The notes: generated by a model not told the origin, from the sequence alone. A DNA stretch of 64,000 nucleotides from Eledone cirrhosa (GCA_964016885.1 OZ024763.1:7316001-7380000); one strand, 5' to 3'; positions 24,485-36,637 are shown, numbered from the stretch's first letter. Numbers and translations: made by a program.

Positions 24485-25482
24485 TTTGTAAAATAAAGCA
24501 ATAAGGAAACAACATCATCCAGTAAACCTTAGTAATACTCCAATAACGTCTCGGCCGCCATTTACAGTAGAAAATAGTAAGAAAATTAAGTCACACTCAG
24601 CAGTTAATGCAGTGAAAACAAACAATAAAAATATTATTACTAAATAATTATAATTTCTTACTTTCAATAATTTTTTTCTTTATTAAACACGTAATTTATT
24701 TTAAATTTGTCGTATTATATATATATACTGTTTGTGTGTTTTTGTTTGGCAAATGTCAAGTGATTGACGGGGTGAAGCCGATCGATTAAATTGAACCCAT
24801 AAAATGACTGGTACTCTATTTTTCTTCTCTAAAGTTATAAAATTGTAAATTAATATCGACAGGATTTTCACCTAGAACACAAAGGTGGTGTAATATCATT
24901 TAAAAAATTGGAAATTGAGTTATAAATATAAATGTGTGTTCAGGGCTTAGATGTTCAGTGTGTAACAGGGTTATTGGTATTAAGTAACATAAAATGTCGT
25001 TAGGAGTTCAATATTTAGCTGGGGATATAGAATTTCTTTAAATTATTTCTTGTACCAGTAGCGAACTGGGATCGAAAGCATTATGTTGTTCGGACGAAAG
25101 AAATATATAAGCTTAGCGCAATCTAGTTTGAGTTACGGGACATTACTGCAAAGCACATAACTGTAGGTTCCAATCTCACATTGGTAAATATATAAAAGTG
25201 ACATTTAACAATTTATTTGTAAGTCGCAACAGGATTTAGGTATGGCAGATTTGAAATTAGTGAACATTATTGCAGACGAAGTAATTGTAGGTTCAAATCA
25301 ATACTAGGGCGTTAAGAAATAAAATGAATATTTACTTCATGAAAGAGCCTGAATTATGAAAGACAAAGTCGACCCTTTCTAATCACAGCAACACTAAGAA
25401 AGGCATGAACGCCACCACTTCAATTAATCTTCCAAAATCAAAAGTATGTTTATAAATATTAATTTTTAATATTATTTTGAAG

Positions 25483-25554
25483 CTGTCTTTGTAGCCTAGT
25501 GGGAGGTATGAGAGACGGTGGAGATCCTGGTCTGGGTTTCGATCTTGGCCACGA
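25483..25554 (+). ncRNA. Double-hairpin tRNA-like Pol III element
   Basis: TATA at ~25449, A box tagcctagtgg, stem ctgtctt/gagacgg, B-box-like gtttcgatc. Confidence 0.65.
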
Positions 25555-25709
25555 TCTATATAAAATAAGGGGGTTTTACTAATTTTTTTCAGCTTTTTTC
25601 AATGCAAACGTAAAAAAATCTATGGTAAAATGAAAAAAAATTTTTATCTACTTTTTTACATTTTTAAAAAGCTGAAAAAAATTAGTAAAACCCCCTTATT
25701 TTATATAGA

Positions 25710-25781
25710 TCCTGGCTAAGGTTGAACCCCAAACCTCGATCTTCACCGTCTCTAACACCTACCAATAGGCCAACGAGACGG
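25710..25781 (-). ncRNA. Double-hairpin tRNA-like Pol III element, convergent partner
   Basis: Perfect ccgtctc/gagacgg stem enclosing gccta-ttgg-taggt, B box ggttcaacc. Confidence 0.65.
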
Positions 25782-26627
25782 ATATAAAAATATACTGAAA
25801 ATTAATATATATAAACCTACTTTCTATTTTCGAAGCTTAATTGACGTGGTGGTGTTCATGGCTTTCTCAGTCTTTTTAATACCACAAACAAGTCGCCATG
25901 GTTTTTACTTTTCTCGAGTTTTCAGAAAATATATCATGACTTTTATTCTTATCACTAGGTTTATTTCATCCAACGACCAGCTGATATCCAGTGATGTCCT
26001 TCAGCTGTCATACCTTAGTGAGTAGATGGTGGCCTGGAAATATTGTTTCTAAACAGGCAGCTCTTTAAACTTGTGTTGTGTGTGCAATAATGGTATCAGC
26101 AACCGATAATGGGATCAGATTCAAGAACTCAACGTCAAGTGTATCGTTCCAAACGCGATACGGTAATATATGTTCTTTTTATCAGCTTCGTCTTTTATTT
26201 ATAAACGTTTATGTAGGTACGTGTGGAGATACGTGTACGAATGTGTACCTGTGTAAGCTTGTGTGTACATAACTATTTATAATAATGTTGTCCCCCCTCA
26301 CTTTATTATTACAACTACTACTATTAATAATTGTAACACTATTATTATTATTTTCACACGTCTCTTATCCTCAACACTTGCTATAGTTTTCCTCTTACAT
26401 GTGAGATACACGATTTATTTACTAATCAACATTTACTCGAAGATGTAGTGATGTGTGACGGGACATCGAGCGTAATCCTTAGTGTTAACTTGAGGACACC
26501 GTACACCTGTGCACCCGTATATATATATATGTTTATCCCGGGTTCAATCGGCGGTAACCACAGTAAGTAAGGTACTCATTACATAGCAGATTATAAATAC
26601 TTAATAAATAATATTTAATATAGAAAT

Positions 26628-26680
26628 GGCTTCTACAGGACTAGAACTGTTTCATTCGGAAAAAATCATCAGGAAAGCCC
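26628..26680 (-). ncRNA. Type I hammerhead ribozyme-like motif in a Penelope-like inverted end (hairpin extends to 26722)
   Basis: Minus strand GGCTTTC-CTGATGA-ttttttccgaat-GAA-ACAG-ttctagtc-CTGT-A-GAAGCC has an intact core, a 4-bp stem III, a GUA cleavage triplet and a bulged stem I. Stem II is weak. Confidence 0.55.
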
Positions 26681-26747
26681 TTGATTTCTTCCGAATGAAA
26701 CCGTTCTAGTCCTGCAGGAGCCACCCCCCCCCCCACACACACACATG

Positions 26748-26779
<32 letters not shown>

Positions 26780-26865
26780 TGTATATAAATATATATTTGT
26801 GTATTCATAAGCCCAAGTGTCTATGATGATAAGGTCCCCCTATCTTTGTATATTTATATGTGGGT

Positions 26866-27030
26866 GTCTATTTCCACATGGCATCTCTGGTCCTCGATGT
26901 TGTCACCGCCTGCTTTACGTAGCATCTTAACTATCTAATATTTATTCAGAGAGGTTCCCCCTTCATATCGCAAATATTCCTTTCTGACTCACTGAAAACT
27001 TGTCTTCCATCATCGAGTAAAAGTGATCTA
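26866..27030 (-). pseudogene. Degenerate coding-like block, possibly ankyrin-repeat derived (paralogs ~11793-11950, 32244-32405, 48518-48680)
   Basis: Acceptor-like tttatgtag. Frames give LDDGRQVFSESERNICDMKGEPL and IVKMLRKAGGDNIEDQ, several differences between paralogs are synonymous, and stops/frameshifts are present. Confidence 0.3.
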
Positions 27031-27660
27031 CATAAAGGATCTGTCTGATGTTGCTATGTATGTAGGGATGTATAGCTTGCGAGGGAGTCTTGGTGATCCC
27101 ACGTTGATATTCGGGTGTCTTGGGTATTCTTTAAAAGCTGACTGATCCCATCTCTACCCTAGATCTGATCACAGGAGATATTTACCAGAGAAGGAGAGAA
27201 AGTTGGAGAAAGGAAGTAAGAAAGAGATATAGAAGAAGAATCGACTCCAGTACTACACTGGTACTTCGTTTTATCTACCTCGAATGGTGCTATAGTGGAA
27301 CATTAACTTTGATGTACCTATATAAGTCATACCTTTTCTATACGTCTGTGTATGTACAGGTGTGTGTATGTAAGTGTACGTGGCGTTGCAAGTTCGGTTT
27401 TCATAAGTATCTCTGTGAAATTTTAACAAGAGCAAGCATGTGTCCCGATGGTTAGTCAGTCGTTTTTAAGCTGGTATATGGTATGTGTTTTTAATATGTA
27501 TATAGAAGTGAGTAAATATTAATGTATGTGTATGTATATACATATATAGACAGTCGATCGACCTTCGTCAGATCGGACCGACGAAACAATGTTTCCACTG
27601 GTCTTTCCAATTGCTAATACTATCTATCGGTCGAAACTCCAGGTGGAAATAAATAAATTA

Positions 27661-27712
<52 letters not shown>

Positions 27713-29083
27713 TAAGATATATATATATATATTAAAATATATATATAATAAAATAAGGACGAATGGGTACACATTCATTACGTTTATTGATTCGTGGCGC
27801 GCGTTTCGCTATTCATCAACTTAAGGTTCGTTCTGTATCGATCTAGCCCGACCCTGTAATCAATAACTTGTATATATATGTTTGTATGTATATATGAAAT
27901 CGCCCATGGGACACCCTGGTGTAATCTAAATACACAGAGTGTGCGGTTAGCTGTTTTTAAATGATTACCCCTCCTCATATTCCCTTGTTTATATACTGTA
28001 TTGTAATACATGGCAACCTTAATACTTAATAATATCGAGATGAAAATATAAATGTTAATACAGTATTCCAGAAGTAAAATAGAGATCTAATGAGAGGAGG
28101 TGAGTATTATAACTTTTATAAGAAATAAAGATCTAAAGACGAGTGAAAACTTTCATCAACGAAATCGTAATGTACACCAAGGAAAATATATGTCTACAGA
28201 ATACAGATTAGTAAAATAAAGTTAGAGCAAATAAATGAGAGGTCACTTAACTTTACATATTTAGTTTTATTTATATCGTGAAAAATGTTGATCTTCAGAT
28301 ATTAAATTGTGGATGTGATTGTCTTTGTCTTTACGTGTTTGTTGGAAATATTTTTTTAATGTTTGTCTTTCTTTAAACACAGTCTTTTTTTTAAAATTAA
28401 TTTTAGATTATTCGTACCTCATCTCTGTGGTCTCTTTTGATGGAGTCTACCTGTGCTGTTTATTGGTTTTATTTTAAAAGTAATCCATTGGAACATCAGA
28501 TATTAAATGAAATGTTACGTAAAAGACACACCATATGTTTATTCCAGGTATTTAGAGAGATGTCCACTGACAACAAAATAAGGAAATGCCATCATCCAGT
28601 AAAACTTGGTAATAATCCAGTCTCGTCACACTCACCGTTTACAGTAAACAATGGTAAGAACAAACAAAAACAAGAGAACTATTCAGCAGTTAATGAAGTG
28701 AATACATAAAATAAAAAAAAAACATTCCTGAATAAAATAAATTCTTTACTTTCATTAAATTGTTTCTTTACTTTCTTTTATAAAACACACTTATTAATAT
28801 AAATTAAGCACAGCATTGTAGGTTCAAATCTTACTTGCATGTATATATAGGAACGACGTTTAACAATTTACGGGTACGACGAACTAAGCTGGAATGATGT
28901 ATGACATTATTGCAGACGGAGTTGTTGTAGGTTCAAATCAAGCCTAGAGCAATGAGAAATAAAGTCTAGATTTACTTTATGAATTCAAGGACGTCCCGAA
29001 AAAGCCATGAATGCCACTACATCGAGTTTTCAACCGAACAAAATGTAGTTTTATAAATATTAATTTTCACTATGATTTCATAA

Positions 29084-29155
29084 CCGTCTCAGTGGTCTAG
29101 TGGTAGACATTAGAGACAGTGGTGATATTGATTAGGGGTTCGATCTCTGTCAGGT
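29084..29155 (+). ncRNA. Double-hairpin tRNA-like Pol III element
   Basis: TATA at 29051, gtctc/gagac stem, D-arm gtcta-gtgg-tagac, B box ggttcgatc. Confidence 0.7.
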
Positions 29156-29244
29156 GTACATGAAAACCTTGTACAGAAATTCTGTTTTTATAAAAAATTG
29201 AAAAAGTAGGTTTATAAATATTAATTTTCAGTAAGTTTTTATAA

Positions 29245-29316
29245 CCACCTCCGTAGACTAGTGGTAAGTATTAGAGGTGATGGAGGTGCTGGTCTGGGGT
29301 TCGATCTCAGTCAGAT
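29245..29316 (+). ncRNA. Double-hairpin tRNA-like Pol III element (tandem second copy with its own TATA)
   Basis: TATA at ~29211, stem cacctc/gaggtg (compensatory relative to cgtctc/gagacg), B box ggttcgatc, T5 at ~29330. Confidence 0.7.
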
Positions 29317-29381
29317 TCCTGCAACCTCTATTTTTCGTTCATTTTATGAAAAATTTAAAAAATTTAAATTTCTCGAGAGAT

Positions 29382-29452
29382 TCCTGACTGAGATTGAACC
29401 CCAGACCAGCATCACCACTGTCCCAACACCTACCACTAGGCTACCGAGACAA
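29382..29452 (-). ncRNA. Double-hairpin tRNA-like Pol III element, convergent partner
   Basis: Stem tgtctc/gggaca, D-arm gccta-gtgg-taggt, B box ggttcaatc, TATA on the minus strand at ~29477-29486. Confidence 0.7.
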
Positions 29453-31613
29453 CTACAAAATTACTATCAAAATTAAAATTTATAAACCTACTTTCTATTT
29501 AAAAGAAAAATTGATGTAGTGGCCTTCATGGCTTTCCCAATGATATTAATTCAAAATGGTTCACTTTCCTTTTTATTCTTCGCGCGCTTCCGTAAAATAT
29601 ACCTTATCATTTCTCTAGGGTTGATTTCATCCTACAACCTGATGATCTGCAGGGACATTCATCAATGGTCATACCTGATTATATATATATATGTGTGTGT
29701 GTGTGTGTTATATGTGATCCTGCTATGTTGTGCTCAGCAATAATGGTTTTCAATTCCGTCTTCCCTCCATCCTTGGTGTGTATATAAATCTATATATGTG
29801 ATTTCAACGTACAACGACAATATATACATCATTTTTGTTTGATAAAACTAATTCTACAACCCCTGATAAACATTGAAACCACGACTATAAAATATAACAA
29901 CAACCACGACATAACAGCTTTGGTTAAATATAATTTAATTAAATTATTGCTAGAGATTGATCCCTAATATTTCTTCTCACTCCTTAACCAGAGAGAAAAT
30001 GTCCTCGGACTCGGACAATATTGATAAGGAGAGAGTGTATCCATACTTGGCAAATCTTTCCAGTTCACATGGTATATAAAAGGCAGTAAGAAGTGACTTG
30101 TTACTCCTACGAACGACATTGTCAGTTAGCCTTCTATAGCGAGGGAAGAAGGCTGTGTGTTTTTTCTCCTATCACATAACATACATTTGTCATTCATTAG
30201 ATATCAATATACAAGAGAAAGAAAAAATTGAGAGCTTCACTCTTTTAAAAGTAACATTTATTACATTAGAATTAACGATAGTTTGTGACACTAAACATGG
30301 AAACACTGCGAACAATTTTGAGACAAGCTAATTACTATGAGAAGGACAAATCTTCAACGCCTAGATATTTCTAAAGAAAACTGAAATGAGAAATTGATTG
30401 AAATGGAATAATTATTGAGACACCTTACAATATTTTTCGGGATATGTCTTACCTTATTTTGAAGAAATAAATGTTTCGGGAAAGAGTTAATAAGAAGCTA
30501 TATATATATACATTGCTTATATATATATATATACTTTAATTATTATATTTGTACAACGAAGTTATAAAAAGGAAGTATGATTTGGTATCGAATGTGGAGC
30601 AAAAAACGAGCTTCTTGTACCCCTCACAGAAGAATTGTGAATATGTATGAATATGAATTGAAAGATGGCTAACCATGTTGAAGCAAAAGAGGGAGACGGA
30701 TAATAGAAATAATAAAACATTCTGTTCCCTAGCTAAATGCTGAAAAATCTAAAACTCTAGATGAATATGTATGATACCACTGAGAAAATTGTCAACCGAC
30801 ATCCGAAAAAACGGTGAGGCTCTTGAAGCAACCAAGAGAAGAAGAAAACAGAAAACACTATAATTATTTAAGGATCTATCTTGTGAAAGAAATGTGAACT
30901 TTTGTAAATTTAGAGGAGATAAATCTTAGGGGAGCAGGATAAAAATATAAAGACTATTTAAATATTAGTACACTATTCCATATAAATGTCAACACTTGAA
31001 AATATCAACATTAGTTCACTATACCAAGGACAAACACTTAGAATTACAACTTTGGAGGAGATTAATCAAACGAGTGACATGATAGAAATATTTAAAATAA
31101 TGAAAGCACTTCAAAATACAGAATTGGGGAAGAAAATGAAAATTGATATATAAACCTACTTTCTATTTTTGAAGCTTAATTGACGTGGTGGCGTTCATAC
31201 CTTTCTCAGTCTTATTAATACCGCAAAGATGTCGACATGTCTTTTACTATTCTGTAGTTTTCAGAAAATATATCATGATTTTATTTTTATCTCTTTAGGT
31301 TTGATTTGATGCTATAACCACCTGATGTCCTTCAAATGTCATACCTCAGTGTCTAGATGGTGGCCTGGCTTGATGGTTTCTAAACAGATAGCCCTTTAAA
31401 CTTGTGTTGCGTATGCAATAATCGTATCAGCAAATGATGATGGGACCATGTTGAAGCAACGTTATGTGCATCCTTCCAAATTCGATATGGTAAGCTATGT
31501 TCTTTTTATCAGCTTCGGCTTTTATTTATAAACGTTTATGTACGCACGAGTCTAGATAAGCGTACGTATGTATACCTGTTTAAGCTTGTGTGTATATAAG
31601 TATTTATAATAAT

Positions 31614-31896
31614 TGTTTCTACGTTTGGCACAAGGCCAGCAATTACCCAGTGCATTACTGGTACTTTATTTTATCGAGCCTGTAAGGATGAAAGGCAAAG
31701 TTAACCTCGGCGGGATTTGAACTCAGAATGGCAAGGGCTGTAACTCTATACGTCAAAGCATGACGTCCGACCCTCTACTGATACTGCCAATCCACCGCCC
31801 TCTAAACAACGCCTTTCATCCTTACGGAGTCGATAAAATAAAGTACCAGTAATGTACTAAGTAATTTGCTGGCCTTGTGCCTAAAGTAGAAACAAT
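31614..31896. mobile_element. Inverted SINE pair (near full-length minus copy 31614-31800 plus truncated plus copy 31811-31896) inside one TSD
   Basis: 19-bp direct repeat tataagtatttataataat at 31595-31613 and 31897-31915. The empty site is visible in the paralog at ~26270. Confidence 0.8.
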
Positions 31897-32159
31897 TATA
31901 AGTATTTATAATAATGTTGTCCTCCCCACTTTATTGTGACAACTACTACTATTAATAATTTTAACAATATTTTTATTATTAATTCCACACGTCTCTTATC
32001 CTCAACACTTGCTATGGCTTTCCCTCTTACATGTGATATATACTTACTATATATTTACTAATCAACATTTAATGGAAGGTGTAGAGATGTGTGACGGGAC
32101 ATCTGGCGGAATCCTTAGTGGCGACATGAGAACTCCGTACACCTGTGCACCCGTATATA

Positions 32160-32190
<31 letters not shown>

Positions 32191-32874
32191 TCATAAGCCC
32201 AAATGTCTATGATTATAAGGTAACCCTATGTGTGTTATGTCGATGTCCATTTCCACATGGCATCTCTGGTCTTCGATGTTGTCGCCGCCTGCTTTACGTA
32301 GCATCTGAACTATCTAATATTTATTCAGAGAGGTTCTCCCGTCAAATCGCAAATATTCCTTTCTGACTCACGGAATACTTGTCTAGCATTATCGAGTGAA
32401 AGATATAAAAGATATCTCTGATGTTTCTATGTATGTATGTAGGGACTTATAACTTGTGAGGGAGTTGTAGAGGTCCCACATTGACATTCGGGGTGTTCGG
32501 GGCATTTTGTATAAGGTGACAGATCCGATCTCTACCCCAGATAGGTTATGTTTTCCTGAGACGGATATAGAGTGAGAGAAAGGAATTAAGAAAGAGATAT
32601 AGAAGAATTGACCCCAGTACTACACTGCTACTTCGTTCTAACTACCTCGAATGGTTCAATATTGGAACAAAATCTTTGATGTACCTATATAAGTCATACC
32701 AGTTGTATTTGTGTGTTTATGTACACATCTGTTTCCGTCAGTGTACGTAGAGTAGCAAGTTCGGTTTTCACACGAGCAAGCATGTGTCCTGATGGTTTGT
32801 CAATTGTTATTATGCTGGTATATATGTGTTTTTAATATATATGTATGAGTATTTGCATAGAAGTGTTTATGCAT

Positions 32875-32936
<62 letters not shown>

Positions 32937-33406
32937 GAGAAGATATGTATCATAAGAAAAGAGGAGACAAAAAAGTGTGGTACAGTATACTAGACGCCAA
33001 TAGCCGAAGCGAGGTGTGCTCAATGCTTAAGGTGCAGAGTTAAATATTAAAGAAGGGTTATTATTTAATGAATATATATGTGTACGTATATATGAAATCG
33101 CCCAGGTTGGGAAACCCAAGCTAAATAAAGATGGAGTTGAGAGATCAGTGTTTAAATAATTATCCCTTCCCTACTTCCCCTTGTCTGTAGACTGTACTCT
33201 AAATATTATATAACAACCTAAATACTTAATAATATAGACATGAAAATATAAATGTTAATACAGTATTCCAGAAGAAAAATATAGATCTAATGGGAAGAGG
33301 TGAGATTAAAGGTAAATGACACCTCTCATTTGCAATATTTTTATTGTATTGTTGTATCTAAGTATTATAGATGATTTAAATTTTATTTTGTATAAAAAGA
33401 AATATC

Positions 33407-33596
33407 ATTGTTTCTACTTTTGGCACAAGGCCAACAATTATCCCAGTGCATGACTGGTACTTTATTTTATCGACCCCGTAAGGATAAAAGGTAAAGTTAA
33501 CCTCAGCGGGATTTGAACTCAGAGCGTAAAGGGTCGTGACTCTTTGCTGCAAAGCATGGTGTCCGACTCTCTACTGATACTGCCAATCTACTGCCC
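33407..33596 (-). mobile_element. tRNA-derived SINE
   Basis: Reverse complement of the 14783 family (gggatttgaactcag, ttatcgacccc, ggcacaaggcc). Confidence 0.85.
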
Positions 33597-33849
33597 TTAA
33601 AATTGTATTATATTTCTTATAAAAAGAAATATAATACAATATTTACAGAACGAAAGCACAAACAAATATATAATATATAATATAATATAATATAAAGGAA
33701 AGGGAAAGGAAAAACAAAAGAAAAAAACACACAGAAGCTAGATGTTTCGACAGCTAGATCCGAACTAATTTGTTTGCAACGTTTTTTTATATGAAATCGC
33801 ATGTCGAAACAAATTATATTTGGGGAGGGTCATATTGTTATAGGATTGC

Positions 33850-34424
33850 TAGAAATATATAATAAAACAGTTTGGGTTGGGTTGGTTTTGGCTTCCGTAT
33901 ATTCTACATCCCTATAGTTAATTTAGCTGGCAATCAATGTTTATCATTGATTGACCAACTGTTTATATATATATATATTTATTTATAGTCTGAGTTCTTT
34001 CATCACACACTTGTGACATCATCAGTGATATTATTGTTTCTTCCCGTTGTATTGTAATGTTTACTTATTCAATTGTTTATTCATTTGTCTCGATTTCCGA
34101 ATGTGTTTCTATGCGCGTTTTCTGTTTGGTTTGTGTTCGTGTTTGTATTCTATCTTTGGTCACTAGTGTGTATTTATATGGTTGTTGTTGTTCCATTCAA
34201 GTTTTCTGTTCTACTTCGGTTTTCTTGGTTCTATTTCAGTTGCTTCCCTAATTTGGGTTTTCTTAAAGGGTTAAGGTTTACTGATCAGGGATTTTATAGT
34301 AGATCCTGGCTTTTCTGCCACTTTAATCTTTCTTATGGCCTTTGATTGGTTGTTGTACATTAAAATACAACAGGAAGAAACAATAGGATCACTGATGTTA
34401 CAGGTGTGTGACGAAAGAACTCTG

Positions 34425-34476
<52 letters not shown>

Positions 34477-34595
34477 TGTTGGTCAATCAATAAAACATGG
34501 ATTGCTAGTTAAATTAACTATAGGGATAGATATAAAATATATGGAAGTGAAATCCAACCCAAACCAAAAAGTGAGTTTTATTATTTCTGGAAATA
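33850..34595 (-). mobile_element. Penelope-like element remnant with inverted terminal repeats
   Basis: ~200-bp imperfect inverted arms (~33855-34060 and ~34356-34590), each with a minimal hammerhead-like motif. The internal minus frame reads RKIKVAEKPGSTIKSLISKP*PFKK, like the PLE RT-endonuclease linker. Confidence 0.6.
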
Positions 34596-34670
34596 TAATA
34601 ATATCCCCCACCCCTATATATAGGGGTGGGGGATATTATTATATTTCCAGAAATAATAAAACTCACTTTT
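34567..34670. repeat. Perfect 104-bp palindrome
   Basis: aaaagtgagttttattatttctggaaatataataatatcccccacccctata followed by its exact reverse complement with no spacer. Confidence 0.95.
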
Positions 34671-34679
34671 ATTTATTTA

Positions 34680-34726
<47 letters not shown>

Positions 34727-34844
34727 ATATGTATTCCCCATTTCTCTTTTTCTATTTATCATCTATTTATTTTTGAAATAACTTTTTATAGTAATGGGCT
34801 AGAATGGTTTGACGTTGTACCTCTGTAGTTAGACGACTTAGATT

Positions 34845-35078
34845 TTCCATGCATTATGGCATGAAGCGACTGAGAGTACAAGACTCCACCCTGGACAGGG
34901 CGCCAGTCCATCGCAGGGTTAAACCCCCATCTATTGTTGGTACTCATTTTCAGCTGAGTCTACTGGAGCAACATGAAATGAAGTGTTTTGCTCAAGAACA
35001 CAACACAGAACCCAGGAATCGAACCCACGATGTTATGATTGTAAGTCCAAGACCCTTACCACTAGGCCACGTGCCTCT
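34845..35078 (-). mobile_element. tRNA-derived SINE with a V-domain-like segment
   Basis: Minus strand gtggcctagtggtaag (A box), gggttcgattcc (B box), cttgagcaaaacactt...ctcagctgaaaatgagtacc, and cctgcgatggactggcgccctgtccaggg. Confidence 0.85.
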
Positions 35079-35447
35079 CTCTCTCTCTCTCTACACACAC
35101 ACACGTTACCCTTCTACAACTCCACGCATACTGATATCCCCTCCTGTTCAAAAGCCCCCACACTATCTCCATGTTAGCCCCCCACACATACACTCTCGCC
35201 ATGTTTGTCCCCCACACACACACTTTCGCCATGTTTGTCCCCCCCCACCACACTCTCGCCATGTTTGCACCCCACCACACTCTCGCCATGTTTACCCCCA
35301 CCCCCCACCGCTCTCTTCATGTTAGCCATATTACCTCCACATTGTTGATGTTAACCCTATATTCTCTAAATTAACCCCCACACAAAAAATTACCCCCCTA
35401 CTCACACACACACCGTTCATATAACAAATATTGTTTTAATTTTGTAG

Positions 35448-35631
35448 TGACCCAGTCCCGTCCTGCCAACCTTACAGAAGAAGGGGACGTCATTGTTCTG
35501 GCTGACCACACCAATACCCACCCATTTGCCCTCTGTCAACATAAACGTAAATATTATCTGAGATTGGTCTGGCTGTCTACCATCTCCAGTTTAAACTGAC
35601 CGGAGATGGTAAACAACACTGTATATCTATG
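35448..35631 (+). pseudogene. Exon A, duplicate copy
   Basis: Same splice sites and same frameshift as 257-440, with one G>C change (GGC>GCC). Confidence 0.55.
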
Positions 35632-36434
35632 GTAAGTATTGTTGGTTTATATTAAGGCTGTGTATATGTGTTTGTGTGTGTGTTTGTGTGTATTTAACAC
35701 TTTAGCATTCACATTACTCTATATCTACTATCGTATTTTTACAGTAAAGACTTGATCTCCCATAATTATTCACATCGAATCTGAGATTTTGATGATGATA
35801 TTATTTACTTTGAAAACAATATCTTAACATCAGTATGTGTGGCTAGTTACGGTCGGTTTGAACAGAAAGAGGTGAGAGAATTTTGGCCAGATATGGCCGG
35901 TTTAAATGTTAAAGGGTTAAACATGCGTATGTGTTCTCTCTCTCTCCCGGTCTCTGTCTCTCTCTCTGAAGAGATGGGCTCCACCAGGTTTATAAATGCC
36001 CAAGGCACACTCTACATCTCTATGGCGCCCCGACTCCTCCAAGAGTTGGGGTACACACACACATACACATGTGCAAGTAGAAGGGAGAGAGAACGTGAGA
36101 TGGGAGACACACATACATGTATGTGTCTCTCCCATCTCAGGTTCTCTCTCTCTTCTACTTACACACACGCACACACACACACAGTCTAGTCAACACACAC
36201 ACAATCTACATTCTCCCTCCCTTCCTTCCCTCAGCCACAATAACCTTCCACCACCACCACAAAAATTCAGCCACAAATACAGGGTGACCCCCCAAAATCC
36301 ATACACATATTTATTAGAATATTGTTGAAGCGTGTATACATTTTTGGGGGACACCCTGTATATGATACATAAACTAAATAAATAAAACTAATAAATTAAC
36401 CTTCTGACCCCTGGTGGTATTTCTTTCTTAGTAG

Positions 36435-36577
36435 GAGGAAACAACTGGTCACTACCAAATAGAAATTTATGTGCCAGAGGGAAGGAGTGATGCTATTGAT
36501 CAAACACAAGCCAGGAGTATCATCTGCCCCTCTCCTGTACTGAAGGAGTCTACCAGTGTTGATGGTTATACCAACAG
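36435..36577 (+). pseudogene. Exon B, duplicate copy
   Basis: Same as 1219-1361. Confidence 0.6.
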
Positions 36578-36637
36578 GTTTGTTATATCTATATAATCTA
36601 TACATATTAGTATATTGGTCAAGTCGTATATTTGATT

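Larger units (their letters stand above)
1..35190 (+). repeat. Copy 1 of a ~35.19-kb direct segmental duplication (window starts inside the unit, so the true boundary is unknown)
   Basis: The sequence at 1 (cactctcgccatgtttgtcccccacacaca...) recurs at 35191. All landmarks (exons, MITEs, RTE, satellites, subunits) recur in the same order. Confidence 0.95.

Noticed and set aside
27552-27650. Possible hammerhead (minus-strand CTGACGA; plus-strand ggtcgaaac)
   Set aside because: The core halves are on different strands or lack pairing stems. It is at most a scrambled PLE remnant.
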